Shown here piece after piece: positions 1-9,926 of a DNA stretch of 64,000 nt (its first letter is position 1; every line of letters begins with the position of its first letter). Position numbers and translations under genes: made by a program. Source of the stretch: Mycoplasma sp. CAG:956. GTDB taxonomy: Bacteria > Bacillota_I > Bacilli_A > RF39 > UBA660. The stretch spans positions 131,112-195,111 of the forward strand of contig HF993110.1 in assembly GCA_000433475.1 (NCBI GenBank). The letters run 5' to 3'. The notes beneath the pieces are model-generated. The model searched no databases, had not been told where the DNA came from, and saw only the letters and a program-made list of their open reading frames with translations.

Positions 1-500
1 ATAACGAAAAAAATATTATTATTGTTGAATTAGTTGAAAACACTCCTAAAAATCAAGAAACCTTTTTAAAACTTACTAATATTGATAAAAAATACATAGA
101 ATTTAAACAAGGTGGCCCTTATGATGATAATGATATCGATATAGAATTATCTGTTGCCTTTGACCAAACTTGTGGTAATGTTGAATTTAATGAGTACTTA
201 AATGATGATAATATAAAAGTGTATTTAGAAGAGAGTGTTAATGATTTATATGTAACTTTTCTTGGCAAAAAAATGTCTTTTAAAGATTATGCTAATGGTC
301 TTAACCAAACCTTAGATAGAAGTATAAAAGATTTAACTGATAAACTAGAGAAAACTGCCGCTTTAGATGACGGTGGGACTAATATTTATAAAGACGAAGA
401 TAAAAATATAACGATAATAGCCTGTAACACCTTGGATGGCAATAGAGATGTTTATATAGGCGAATATCAACTTTACTACAAAGAAAATATGTGTAAATAA
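1..500 (+). CDS. hypothetical protein, 3' portion only (ORF open to the window start; track calls a GTG at 219 but there is no upstream stop in frame)
   Basis: Frame 3 is open from nt 3 to the TAA at 498-500; no recognisable domain. Confidence 0.5.
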   Translation, partial: NEKNIIIVELVENTPKNQETFLKLTNIDKKYIEFKQGGPYDDNDIDIELSVAFDQTCGNVEFNEYLNDDNIKVYLEESVNDLYVTFLGKKMSFKDYANGLNQTLDRSIKDLTDKLEKTAALDDGGTNIYKDEDKNITIIACNTLDGNRDVYIGEYQLYYKENMCK

Positions 501-692
501 TACCATTTTTCTTAAATATTAAAATACTTTGCGTATTTTCCAAAGATATTTGGTAGAGTCCAAATACTAAATAATATATAATGTTATCAATATGGGAGAA
601 GATGCTTACTTTACAGCTCATATCGAAGATTATTTTAATGAACATAATGGTTCTATTAATAAAGAAAACTAATTTTTTAAATTAAAAACTAA

Positions 693-725
693 AAGTTAAG
701 ACTAATTTTCCTTAACTTTTTTTCT
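693..725 (+). terminator. Rho-independent terminator after the partial gene
   Basis: 8-bp stem aagttaag/cttaactt with 10-nt loop followed by T6 (approx coords). Confidence 0.5.
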
Positions 726-863
726 ATCTTTTAAAATTTATTATGCTATAATAAATCAATCAACAAAGCCATTATGTTGATAATAGTCTGAAAAACACGC
801 CAATCGTAAAACTTTATAAAGTGTGCTTAATATAAACAACCATAATAATTTTTTTAATATGAA

Positions 864-1166
864 TTAATAAAGATTGAGATTTGCGACTCTATCTAGTTCT
901 TTTTTTTCTTTAAGATATTTATCAAATATTAAATTATAATTGTCCTCCAAAGTACATAATTCTTGTTCCCATTTAATATGAGCATTTTCATAACTTCTAT
1001 TTGGCTCTAATTTAACCAAAATTTTAATTTGCTTTTTTAAAATTTGACATTGCTTATTATATAACTTAACTGTTTCGCGAGTGATTTTTTTTAACTCGTT
1101 AGTAGTATTGTTAAAAAAAATATTTAATTCCTTTGAACTTATTTGTTTGCTAGTTGAATTACTCAT
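864..1166 (-). CDS. hypothetical charged/coiled-coil protein (100 aa)
   Basis: ORF track; Lys/Glu-rich helical sequence; divergent from the XRE gene at 1340. Confidence 0.45.
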   Translation of the reverse strand: MSNSTSKQISSKELNIFFNNTTNELKKITRETVKLYNKQCQILKKQIKILVKLEPNRSYENAHIKWEQELCTLEDNYNLIFDKYLKEKKELDRVANLNLY

Positions 1167-1339
1167 CCCATTACTTCCTTTCAGATGTGCTTAAATACTA
1201 ATATATTTTCTAAAAACATTTTATTTCATAACTATCTTTATTATAGCACAAAATAATAATTTTTATTACAAAAAAGCGGTCATTCTGGGCTACATACTTA
1301 ATTGGAAAAAAATGGCAAAATATTTATAGGTGGTATTAG

Positions 1340-1594
1340 ATGGTTTACAATGATAAAAAATTCAAGTTTGATCCTGAAATTAAACAAGTAATTGCGGCAA
1401 ACATCCGTAAATTTAGATTAGAAAAAGGTTACACTCAAGAACAGTTAGCAGTATATACTGAACGTTCTCCTGAGTTTGTTCGTCGTATAGAATCGGAACT
1501 TGGTGAAAGAGGTTTTTCTATTGAAACTCTTTATCGAATTTCTGTTGTTCTTGAAAAAGACGTTGGTGAGTTCTTTAAAAAGAACAATAAATAA
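1340..1594 (+). CDS. XRE (Cro/C1) family helix-turn-helix transcriptional regulator (84 aa)
   Basis: Classic HTH_3 segment GYTQEQLAVYTERSPEFVRRIE; RBS-like ataggtggt upstream. Confidence 0.75.
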   Translation: MVYNDKKFKFDPEIKQVIAANIRKFRLEKGYTQEQLAVYTERSPEFVRRIESELGERGFSIETLYRISVVLEKDVGEFFKKNNK

Positions 1595-1599
1595 TAATT

Positions 1600-1626
1600 A
1601 AGCAGTCATTAAGATTGCTTTTTTTC
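1600..1626 (+). terminator. Rho-independent terminator
   Basis: aagcagtc/gattgctt stem (one G-U) followed by T5 (approx). Confidence 0.45.
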
Positions 1627-1823
1627 ATCAAAAACAACATATAAGAATAAAATATTAATTTAATTTATCTCCAGTAACTTACTGACTTGAAACCATATTT
1701 TAATAAAAAATTATAAGTTAAAAAATTACAGTTTTTCTACATTTTTATTACAGTTTATTTACATGTTTTTTAAAATATTTTATGGGATAATATAACTATG
1801 TTAAACGAAGGGAGAAATAAGAA

Positions 1824-2039
1824 ATGGAAAGTAGAGTAAAATGGTTTAACAATGAAAAGGGTTTTGGATTTTTAGAAAATCAAGGTAAGGAAGATATTTT
1901 TGTACATTATTCACAAATCGTTATGGACGGTTATAAAACTTTAAAAGAGGGAGATTATGTAACTTTTAATTTAGTTGAAACTCCAAAAGGACTTCAAGCT
2001 AAAAATGTTGAAACAACCAGAAAGTGCATGGTGAATTAA
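1824..2039 (+). CDS. cold-shock protein, CspA family
   Basis: [13 protein letters not shown] ... [12 protein letters not shown]1/RNP2 motifs; strong RBS gaagggag; long 5' UTR typical of csp genes. Confidence 0.9.
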   Translation: MESRVKWFNNEKGFGFLENQGKEDIFVHYSQIVMDGYKTLKEGDYVTFNLVETPKGLQAKNVETTRKCMVN

Positions 2040-2212
2040 TGTCTATTAAGGTACTAAGTACAGATGAAATGGCTTTTATTAAAAATTTACCTAATAAAGA
2101 ACTAGAAGATAAAATTATTTTAATTGGAAATGAAATTGTAAATCTTTACAGTACTCAAAGCTGCTATTTAGAAGAATTAAAACGTCGTAAATGCTATAAT
2201 CGTAACTATTAG
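2039..2212 (+). CDS. small hypothetical protein (57 aa) translationally coupled to csp (TAATG overlap)
   Basis: ORF track (2024..2212) trimmed to the ATG overlapping the csp stop; no homology recognised. Confidence 0.3.
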   Translation: MSIKVLSTDEMAFIKNLPNKELEDKIILIGNEIVNLYSTQSCYLEELKRRKCYNRNY

Positions 2213-2250
2213 TCATTATACGACTTTTTTGAGCCCTTATGACAATAAAA

Positions 2251-2272
2251 AAGAATGCATTGTTGCATTCTT
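2251..2272. terminator. bidirectional terminator hairpin between convergent genes
   Basis: Perfect 9-bp inverted repeat aagaatgca-ttgt-tgcattctt, T/A-rich on both sides. Confidence 0.6.
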
Positions 2273-2273
2273 A

Positions 2274-2417
2274 TTAGTTATTTTTAGCATTTTCAAGTTT
2301 CTTATTTCTCTTTTTTTCATCTAAATATAACTTGTTGATTAATTTTACTTTAACACCTTTTTCATAAGCAAAGCATTTTTTAACACCTTCTGGTAAGTTC
2401 TTTTTATATACTTTCAT
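2274..2417 (-). CDS. small basic hypothetical protein (47 aa), absent from ORF track (below size cutoff)
   Basis: ATG preceded by GAGGTGAAAAAG RBS; translation MKVYKKNLPEGVKKCFAYEKGVKVKLINKLYLDEKKRNKKLENAKNN; ends at the bidirectional terminator. Confidence 0.35.
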   Translation of the reverse strand: MKVYKKNLPEGVKKCFAYEKGVKVKLINKLYLDEKKRNKKLENAKNN

Positions 2418-2485
2418 CTTTTTCACCTCACAAACAATATAAATTTCTAAAGTATTATATCATAAAATTATAAAGTTGGAAAATT

Positions 2486-2839
2486 TTATTGAACTAATTT
2501 TCTTTTAGTACTATTTTTTGCCCTTTTAATAACATAATCATACCATTTTTGATGTTCTTCATCCGTAAAATAGCATTTATATATATTTAATGTTGCTAAC
2601 TTTAGTTCTAGCTCGTCATGAACTTGTAAAGTTTCCATTTTTTCCTTACAATCATCGGTTTCTAAAAATCCTGATAAATCACTTTTTAAGAAATCAATAA
2701 TTAATTCTTTTTGATTATTATAAGCCTTTCTTAAGCTTAAAATACATTGTTTTAATTTTAATAATATTTTCTTTTTCATTAATTTTTTATCAATCCTAAA
2801 ATTGAATCCTTTCTTTCTTAATGAATTATATTGTATCAT
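2486..2839 (-). CDS. hypothetical protein (117 aa)
   Basis: ORF track; helical, Lys-rich; likely co-transcribed with the 47-aa ORF downstream on the minus strand. Confidence 0.5.
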   Translation of the reverse strand: MIQYNSLRKKGFNFRIDKKLMKKKILLKLKQCILSLRKAYNNQKELIIDFLKSDLSGFLETDDCKEKMETLQVHDELELKLATLNIYKCYFTDEEHQKWYDYVIKRAKNSTKRKLVQ

Positions 2840-2961
2840 ATTGCTATTTTTTCGTAAATAACTTAAAATAATTCTAGAAAGGATAATATTTCTTCTAACA
2901 CCAATAATAAATATCTTGCATAAAATGAAGTAAGTGGATAATTTTGGGAAGGGTGATATTT

Positions 2962-3285
2962 ATGGGTTTTCCTCCTAATATTAATCCTGAACTTTTTTCT
3001 ATTTTAGGAGCTGTCACTGGTATTATTGTCGAAGGGGACTATACTGCTAATGAACTAAACTCCATCGGCAACTGGATTATTTTAGTTGGTCAGTTTATGT
3101 TAACAACAGCTGCTCAGCAACAACTTATTAATGGACGTTATCAAAATAATAATGGTAGTCGTATTAGAAGTAATGCTAATAATCATAGTGCTAATAACAA
3201 ACAATATTCTACTTACGAGCAACTTCAACAACTAGCTAATTATCTTAAAAAATTAGAAGAAAAAATAGAAGAAATTACAAAATAA
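2962..3285 (+). CDS. hypothetical protein (107 aa; Gly/hydrophobic N-terminal segment, Asn/Gln-rich middle)
   Basis: ORF track, start moved to the ATG preceded by GGGTGA RBS. Confidence 0.5.
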   Translation: MGFPPNINPELFSILGAVTGIIVEGDYTANELNSIGNWIILVGQFMLTTAAQQQLINGRYQNNNGSRIRSNANNHSANNKQYSTYEQLQQLANYLKKLEEKIEEITK

Positions 3286-3287
3286 TT

Positions 3288-3746
3288 ATGAAAATAATTT
3301 CTAAAATATTTAATACTTTAGTAGCTATATTCTTAATAGTTAATATTGTTGTCGTTTTTCTAATTAATGTTCATTTTGCTACCTTAGGAATTATCAAATC
3401 TGCTACTAACGAACTAACACCAGATATCAAAATAAAAGATTTACTTATCTATCAGAAACAAAAGACTTATCAAGAAAATGATATAATAGTTTATGCCATT
3501 CAAAATAAATATTCTCTTGCTAAAGTGAAAAGTACTACTGAATATTTAACTTATATAAAGGATAATACTAATAGAGAATACGACCCTATAAGTAATGCTG
3601 ATATAAAAGGTAAGCCACTGGTGATTTTAACTGCAAAACACATGATAATTTACTTTGCTATTGTCTTTATTTGTTTAATATACTTAATTATTGCCATTTT
3701 ACAAGGCATTAAAGAAATGAAAAAGGATTCCAAGATTACTTCTTAG
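3288..3746 (+). CDS. hypothetical membrane protein (152 aa; N- and C-terminal TM helices)
   Basis: ORF track; hydrophobic segments at both ends; coupled to the upstream ORF (3-nt gap). Confidence 0.55.
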   Translation: MKIISKIFNTLVAIFLIVNIVVVFLINVHFATLGIIKSATNELTPDIKIKDLLIYQKQKTYQENDIIVYAIQNKYSLAKVKSTTEYLTYIKDNTNREYDPISNADIKGKPLVILTAKHMIIYFAIVFICLIYLIIAILQGIKEMKKDSKITS

Positions 3747-4377
3747 AGTCCTTTTTATCTGTGGTATCATCGCTAATAACCACTGCATCAATAACAGCTT
3801 TATTTTTATTTCTTTTTTTCTTTTTTTCTTCTTTAGTCATTGTTTCTTTAACAACACTCTTACTAGTTAACCAGCCAAATATTTCTAAAGCAGCATATAT
3901 CATTAAAACAATACCGATAGTTTGGAAAGCTAGATTAGATTCTAAAATAGTATAAAGTCCAGCTAATATTAATAGTAAAGATATAATTAAAAGACTAACA
4001 AATTTAGTATTACCTTTTTTCTCAATTTGCATAGCATTAGAAAATCGCATAATTCCACTAAGTAAAATCCAACCGCCGATAACAAAACGAACCATTGCCT
4101 CAACAAAATTAGGAGCAAAGAAAAATATTGAACCGATTGCCATACAAGTAATGCCAGCCACCATAGGAATTGCTGATACACCACTATTTTGTCTTACTAA
4201 AATATAATTTTTAATACAAGAATACAAACCAAATAAAATTAAGATACCACCAAGAATTCTTGAAATAACTACCACCATAGCACCAGGATTAGTAAACATA
4301 ATTGCTCCTAAAATAAAAAATAGAATGGCACTAACAAGAGAACTATTATTATTGTACGATTTAACCTCAATTCTCAT
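3736..4377 (-). CDS. DUF308 / HdeD-like multi-pass membrane protein with Lys-rich C-terminal tail
   Basis: Repeated GIL.I..G helices typical of the HdeD/DUF308 family; paralogous to the 50727..51299 product. Confidence 0.6.
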   Translation of the reverse strand: MRIEVKSYNNNSSLVSAILFFILGAIMFTNPGAMVVVISRILGGILILFGLYSCIKNYILVRQNSGVSAIPMVAGITCMAIGSIFFFAPNFVEAMVRFVIGGWILLSGIMRFSNAMQIEKKGNTKFVSLLIISLLLILAGLYTILESNLAFQTIGIVLMIYAALEIFGWLTSKSVVKETMTKEEKKKKRNKNKAVIDAVVISDDTTDKKDSKK

Positions 4378-4671
4378 AAAAAACCTCTTTTCTTATTTAT
4401 GATTATACAATAAATAAATCGCTATGGCTAGTAATTATCTTCCTATTTATTTTACTCCAAAATTTATTATTTCTATACTATATAATATATGGATACTTAT
4501 TATATAGTATTTTCATTATTATATAAACTTAATTTAAAGGCTATCTTATTATTGAATTATAGTATTAAATAATAGCTAATAGCCAAATAAATCTTCTAAA
4601 TATTTCACAAAACTTTCAAATAAATACTCATTGCCAATATTACCCAATTAGTGTATGATACCTTATAGGTG

Positions 4672-6018
4672 ATGGCTGTGACTTTAGAAAAATCATACCT
4701 ATATTTAAAAAAAATACTAAAAGAAAATGACACTATCGTAATTGGTGTATCGACTGGACCAGATTCCATGTGCTTATTATCTCTTTTAGAAAAAATAAAG
4801 CAAGAAATATCAATTAATATCGTGGTTGCTCATGTTAATCATCATGTCCGCAAAGAATCACAAATCGAAGAAAAATACATTAAAGAGTATTGCACTAATC
4901 ATAATTTGACTTGTGAAGTAGCCAATCTAAAACCAATCAAAAGCAATTTCGAAGCCGAAGCCCATATGTTTCGTTATGCATTCTTTAAAAAATTAATAAT
5001 TAAATACAATGCTAATTACTTAATGACTGCTCACCACGGTGATGATTTAATAGAGACGATAATTATGCGTGAGATTAGAGGCTCTTCACTAAAAGGATAT
5101 GCTGGTATAGCATTAAGTGAAAACTACGAGGTCTATACCTTAATAAGACCACTTCTTTTCTATACTAAAGATAACATTTTAGAATATACTAAAGAAAATA
5201 ATATCAAATACTTTGTAGATAATACTAATTTTTTAGATAATCACCTTCGCAATCGAATTAGAAAAGATATCTTACCTCTTTTAAAAAGAGAAAATTCTAA
5301 TATTCATTTAAAATATTTACAATACAGTGAAGAATTATTAGCTTCTGACAAAGTTTTACAAAACCTTACTAATGAAATAATAAAAAAAGTATATAATAAT
5401 AATAGGTTAATAATACCCGTATTTTTAAGACAAAATCAGGTGATTCAAGAAAGAATAATTAAACTTATTTTAAAGGAATTATATCAAGATGATATTAATA
5501 TCATAACCAATGTTCAAACTAAAAATATTATATCTTTAATAAATAGAACAAAGCCTAATGAAACCTTACTATTACCAGATAATTTTATCGTTGAAAAAAA
5601 TTACAATGAGTTGATTTTTAGGAAGAAACCCACTAAATTAGTTCAAATTGATACTAAAAAGCATAAACTAAAAGATATTAATAAATATAATAATCAAATA
5701 ATAAAAATAGTAGGAAGTAGTAGTGATACTTCGAATTTTACAACAAGATTAAATAGTAGTGAACTAAGCTTACCTCTTTATATCAGAACACGTTCTGCAG
5801 GCGATAAAATGACTATTAAAAATATGACTGGTACTAAAAAAATTAAAGATATATTTATTGATAGTAAGGTTCCTATTCTAAAGAGAAATTCTTGGCTTTT
5901 AGTTTGCGACAGCAATGATAATGTTATCTGGTTACCTGGTTTAAAAAAATCAAAATTTGATAAAGAAATTAATGAAAAGTATGATATAATACTAATGTTT
6001 GTAAAAGAAGGAGAATAA
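4672..6018 (+). CDS. tilS: tRNA(Ile)-lysidine synthetase
   Basis: PP-loop SGGxDS motif (GVSTGPDSMCLL); length and C-terminal domain typical; immediately upstream of ftsH. Confidence 0.9.
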   Translation: MAVTLEKSYLYLKKILKENDTIVIGVSTGPDSMCLLSLLEKIKQEISINIVVAHVNHHVRKESQIEEKYIKEYCTNHNLTCEVANLKPIKSNFEAEAHMFRYAFFKKLIIKYNANYLMTAHHGDDLIETIIMREIRGSSLKGYAGIALSENYEVYTLIRPLLFYTKDNILEYTKENNIKYFVDNTNFLDNHLRNRIRKDILPLLKRENSNIHLKYLQYSEELLASDKVLQNLTNEIIKKVYNNNRLIIPVFLRQNQVIQERIIKLILKELYQDDINIITNVQTKNIISLINRTKPNETLLLPDNFIVEKNYNELIFRKKPTKLVQIDTKKHKLKDINKYNNQIIKIVGSSSDTSNFTTRLNSSELSLPLYIRTRSAGDKMTIKNMTGTKKIKDIFIDSKVPILKRNSWLLVCDSNDNVIWLPGLKKSKFDKEINEKYDIILMFVKEGE

Positions 6019-6019
6019 T

Positions 6020-7993
6020 ATGAATAAAAAAAGACAAAATACTGTCAAACAGTTTACACCTTATTTAGTTCTACTTTTAATAATTTGTGCTATGTTATTC
6101 TTATATAGTGGCACTGCAACTAAAGTTCATGAATTAAAAACTGGTGAATTTTTAAAATATATAAATGAAGGTAAAGTTACTGAGATGACTATTACTCCTA
6201 AGAGTGATGAATCAATTTACTACATTACTGGTAAAATTGATGGCTATAGTGACAAAGAAACATTTACAGTTCGTATTGTTGGTGAACAATTAGATACGGT
6301 TACTACTTATGCTACTAGTCATAATTTAAATCTTTATGATACTAATAAAGACCCAGGAAGTAGTGTAATTCCATACATTGTTGTTAATGTACTTCCTATT
6401 GTTGTTATTTGTGCTTGTGGCTATGTTCTATTTATGAAAATGTCTGCTGGCAATAATAAATCGATGGATTTTGGCCGTTCTCGTGCTAAACTAAGTGAAG
6501 ATGGTGGTAAAGTAAGATTTACTGATGTTGCTGGTTTAGATGAAGAAAAAGAAGAAGTTAGTGAATTAATTGACTTCCTTAAAAATCCTAAAAAGTTTCA
6601 AAAATTAGGAGCTAGAATTCCTAAGGGTGTCCTTTTAGTTGGGCCTCCAGGAACTGGTAAAACTTTACTTGCTAAAGCTGTAGCAGGCGAGGCAAATGTA
6701 CCATTCTACTATATTTCTGGTTCTGATTTTGTTGAATTATTTGTAGGTGTTGGTGCCTCTCGTGTTAGAGATATGTTTAAACAAGCTAAACAATCAGCTC
6801 CATGCTTAATTTTCATTGATGAAATTGATGCTGTTGGCCGTCAAAGGGGTTCTGGTATTGGTGGTGGTCACGATGAACGTGAACAAACTCTTAACCAATT
6901 ACTTACTGAAATGGATGGCTTTGGTGCTAACGAAGGTATTATCATTATTGCTGCAACTAACCGTCCAGACGTTCTAGATCCTGCCTTATTACGTCCAGGA
7001 CGTTTCGACCGTCAAGTTACAGTTAGTCTTCCTGATGCCAAAGCTCGTGAAGAAATATTAGGAGTTCATGCTCGTAATAAAGTATTTGCTGATGATGTTA
7101 ACTTAAAAGCCTTATCACAAAGAACTCCAGGATTTAGTGGTGCAGATTTAGAAAACTTACTAAATGAAGCAGCTCTTCTTGCTGTTCGCCGTAATAAAGA
7201 AGCTATTACTATGGATGAAATCGATGAAGCAACAGACCGTGTCTTAATGGGACCTGCTAAAACATCACGTAAAATTTCTGATAAAGAAAAACATCTTGTT
7301 GCTATCCATGAGTCAGGTCATGCCGTTATTGGTATTAAACTTGCTGATGCCCAAGAAGTTCATAAAATAACAATAATACCAAGAGGTATGGCTGGTGGCT
7401 ATACAATGATGCTTCCAAAAGAAGAAAAAATGGGTATCATGACTAAAGAAGAATTAGAAAGTCAGATTATTGGTTTAATGGGTGGTCGTGCAGCTGAAAA
7501 ATTGTTCTTGAATGCTACAACTACCGGTGCTTCTGATGACTTTAAGAAAGCCACTAACATTGCTAGAAGCATGGTTACTAAATATGGTATGTCTGATTTA
7601 GGACCAATGCAATTAGAAGAGGAACAAGAAGGTGTCTTCCTAGGTCGTGATTACAACAAGACAAAGAACTTCTCTGATCAAGTAGCACTAGAAATCGATA
7701 AAGCTGTTCGCAAAATCGTTGATGATTGCTATGACAAAGCTGTTGATATCTTAAAGAAAAATGAAAAATTAGTTAATTTACTTGCTGATGCTTTAATGAA
7801 AAATGAAACTTTAACTAAAGAGCAAATTGAATGTTTAGTAGAAACTGGTAAAATGTGTCCAGTTGATCCAAAACCAACTAGTGAACCAACCATGGTAAAA
7901 CTAAAAGAAGTTGCTAAAGCAAAAGGAATCAAAGGTTATGCTAAAATGACCAGAGAAGAATTAGAAAAAGCCATTGAAGAATCGGATAAATAA
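6020..7993 (+). CDS. ftsH: ATP-dependent zinc metalloprotease FtsH
   Basis: N-terminal TMs, Walker [12 protein letters not shown] region, HESGH zinc site. Confidence 0.97.
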   Translation: MNKKRQNTVKQFTPYLVLLLIICAMLFLYSGTATKVHELKTGEFLKYINEGKVTEMTITPKSDESIYYITGKIDGYSDKETFTVRIVGEQLDTVTTYATSHNLNLYDTNKDPGSSVIPYIVVNVLPIVVICACGYVLFMKMSAGNNKSMDFGRSRAKLSEDGGKVRFTDVAGLDEEKEEVSELIDFLKNPKKFQKLGARIPKGVLLVGPPGTGKTLLAKAVAGEANVPFYYISGSDFVELFVGVGASRVRDMFKQAKQSAPCLIFIDEIDAVGRQRGSGIGGGHDEREQTLNQLLTEMDGFGANEGIIIIAATNRPDVLDPALLRPGRFDRQVTVSLPDAKAREEILGVHARNKVFADDVNLKALSQRTPGFSGADLENLLNEAALLAVRRNKEAITMDEIDEATDRVLMGPAKTSRKISDKEKHLVAIHESGHAVIGIKLADAQEVHKITIIPRGMAGGYTMMLPKEEKMGIMTKEELESQIIGLMGGRAAEKLFLNATTTGASDDFKKATNIARSMVTKYGMSDLGPMQLEEEQEGVFLGRDYNKTKNFSDQVALEIDKAVRKIVDDCYDKAVDILKKNEKLVNLLADALMKNETLTKEQIECLVETGKMCPVDPKPTSEPTMVKLKEVAKAKGIKGYAKMTREELEKAIEESDK

Positions 7994-8002
7994 TATTAAG
8001 AT

Positions 8003-8037
8003 AACGATATGATGATTAAGTTCTCATACCGTTTTTT
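8003..8037 (+). terminator. Rho-independent terminator after ftsH
   Basis: about 10-bp stem (one mismatch) followed by T6 (approx). Confidence 0.5.
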
Positions 8038-8124
8038 AATTGTAAAAAATTAAAGTGATTAATTTACATATATAATGATAAATGTTATACTTTTATTAGA
8101 AAAAAAGGAAAAATAGGAGAAAAA

Positions 8125-9078
8125 ATGATAAAACAAATAAATAATAATAAAATATTAATAATAAGTCACTTAGCTGATATTGACTGTATGGGTTCAATAA
8201 TTCTTGGTAAATTTTATTTTAAAGAATTTGATTACTTACTTGCTGATAATAATTATGATTTTGATTTAGAAACAGACATAAATGCCGCAGATTATGAAAC
8301 TATTTATATCTGTGATTTAGGATTTACAGATAAAAACTTGCAATATTGCTTAAGTCATCCAGAAATTGCTAATAAAATTAAACATTTTGACCATCATGAG
8401 TCAGAAGAAGAAAAAAATAAATATTCTTTTGTTAACGAAGTTATTAGACTCGATGATCATTTAACAAGTGCAACAGAACTGTTCTATACCTATCTTCTAA
8501 CCTTACCTAATAGTGAATTTTTAAAAAGTTGTTTCTTTCAAAAATTAGTAGAAGCTATTCGTCGTGAAGATACTTGGACTTTCGAAGAAGTAAACAACAC
8601 GTTAGGGCCAAATCTTGCTACACTCCATGCTTACTTGGGAGCCACTTCCTTCATAGATATGATATCTAGTCTTGATTGTACAGGTAATTTCTATCTTCCT
8701 CAAGCTTATGAAGATATAATTATTCGTCAAAATGCTATTAAGGATAATGATGTTGCCAACTATGTAAGTAAAGCTAGATTAATAGAATATAGGAATTATA
8801 AAATTGCTGTATCTATTAGCGAAGGTTATCGTTCTTATGTTGGTAATGAACTTATGAAGAAGTATCCAGAAGCCGATTTTGCTCTAATTATTAATTTTTA
8901 TCGTTTAACATGTTCCTTAAGAATTAATAGTGATAAATATGACTTAGGGCAAGTAGCTCAAGAATTTACTCATAATGGTGGCGGTCATAAAAGAGCAGCT
9001 GGGTTCCAATTTGATGAAGACTCCACTCCTAAGATAGAAGAAATTATATCCAAATACTTAGTATTGGTAAAAAATTAA
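8125..9078 (+). CDS. DHH/DHHA1 family phosphoesterase (NrnA-like nanoRNase / pAp phosphatase)
   Basis: DHH motifs (HLADIDCMGS, ICDLG, FDHHE) and DHHA1 GGGH (GGGHKRAAGF); about 317 aa as for NrnA. Confidence 0.75.
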   Translation: MIKQINNNKILIISHLADIDCMGSIILGKFYFKEFDYLLADNNYDFDLETDINAADYETIYICDLGFTDKNLQYCLSHPEIANKIKHFDHHESEEEKNKYSFVNEVIRLDDHLTSATELFYTYLLTLPNSEFLKSCFFQKLVEAIRREDTWTFEEVNNTLGPNLATLHAYLGATSFIDMISSLDCTGNFYLPQAYEDIIIRQNAIKDNDVANYVSKARLIEYRNYKIAVSISEGYRSYVGNELMKKYPEADFALIINFYRLTCSLRINSDKYDLGQVAQEFTHNGGGHKRAAGFQFDEDSTPKIEEIISKYLVLVKN

Positions 9079-9140
9079 GACAAAATGGTTTTTATATGTT
9101 AAAATAAAGTAGCAGAAGTATTGACGAAGGTGGTATTAAA

Positions 9141-9926
9141 ATGACAAAAATAATTGCTTTAGTAAATCAAAAAGGTGGAGTTGGTAAGACAACATCTAGT
9201 ATTAATTTATCAGCAGCTTTAGGAAAAGAAGGAAAAAATACTTTATTAATCGATTTAGACCCACAAGGAAATGCAACAACCGGTCTTGGTATTAATAATG
9301 GCGATATAAAACACGATATTTATGACGTGATGACTGGAGCTTGCGATGTAAAAAGTGCCGTTATAAAAACAAAATTTAAAAACTTATCAATGATACCTGC
9401 AACTTTAAATTTAGCTGGTGTTGATGTTGAATTTGTAAAAGCTATGTTAGAAGACTCTAACTTCCGTCAAAATGAACAATTAAAGTTGAGTTTAGAACCT
9501 TTAATGGGAACTTACGATTATATTATAATTGATTGCCAACCTTCCCTTGGTATTACAACCATGAATGCCTTGGTTGCCAGCAACTCGGTAATAATTCCAG
9601 TTCAATGTGAATTCTTTGCATTAGAAGGTATAACTCAGCTATTAAATTCAATTATTATGGTTCAATCTAACATGAATCCTGGTTTACGTATCGAAGGCGT
9701 ATTACTTACTATGTTAGACGGTCGTACTAATATCGGTTTAGAAGTAATCGAAGAAATCCGTGGTTACTTTAAAAATAAAGTATTTAATACAATTATTCCT
9801 CGTTTAGTTCGTTTAGTTGAAGCTCCAAGTCATGGTAAACCAATAAGCGACTATGACCCAGATAGTAGAGCAACACTTGCTTATCAAAATTTAGCAAAGG
9901 AGGTTATTAGTAGAGATGGAAACTAA
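9141..9926 (+). CDS. parA: chromosome partitioning ATPase ParA/Soj
   Basis: Deviant Walker A KGGVGKTT; full-length similarity pattern to Soj. Confidence 0.93.
   Translation: MTKIIALVNQKGGVGKTTSSINLSAALGKEGKNTLLIDLDPQGNATTGLGINNGDIKHDIYDVMTGACDVKSAVIKTKFKNLSMIPATLNLAGVDVEFVKAMLEDSNFRQNEQLKLSLEPLMGTYDYIIIDCQPSLGITTMNALVASNSVIIPVQCEFFALEGITQLLNSIIMVQSNMNPGLRIEGVLLTMLDGRTNIGLEVIEEIRGYFKNKVFNTIIPRLVRLVEAPSHGKPISDYDPDSRATLAYQNLAKEVISRDGN

Noticed and set aside
7729-7932. Antisense ORFs inside highly conserved genes. Examples: 7729..7932 in ftsH; 10068..10301 in parB; 26357..26551 in uvrB; 35336..35569 and 36005..36232 in uvrA; 39255..39548 in rlmB; 42067..42279 in rplK; 42676..42858 in rplA; 43711..43947 in rplL; 46749..48002 region in fusA; 48424..48959 in tuf; 51827..52021 in eno; 55021..55242 in rnr; 58036..58677 in cdaA
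   Set aside because: They lie opposite well-supported conserved CDSs, lack RBSs, and have compositionally odd products; typical spurious ORFs on the non-coding strand
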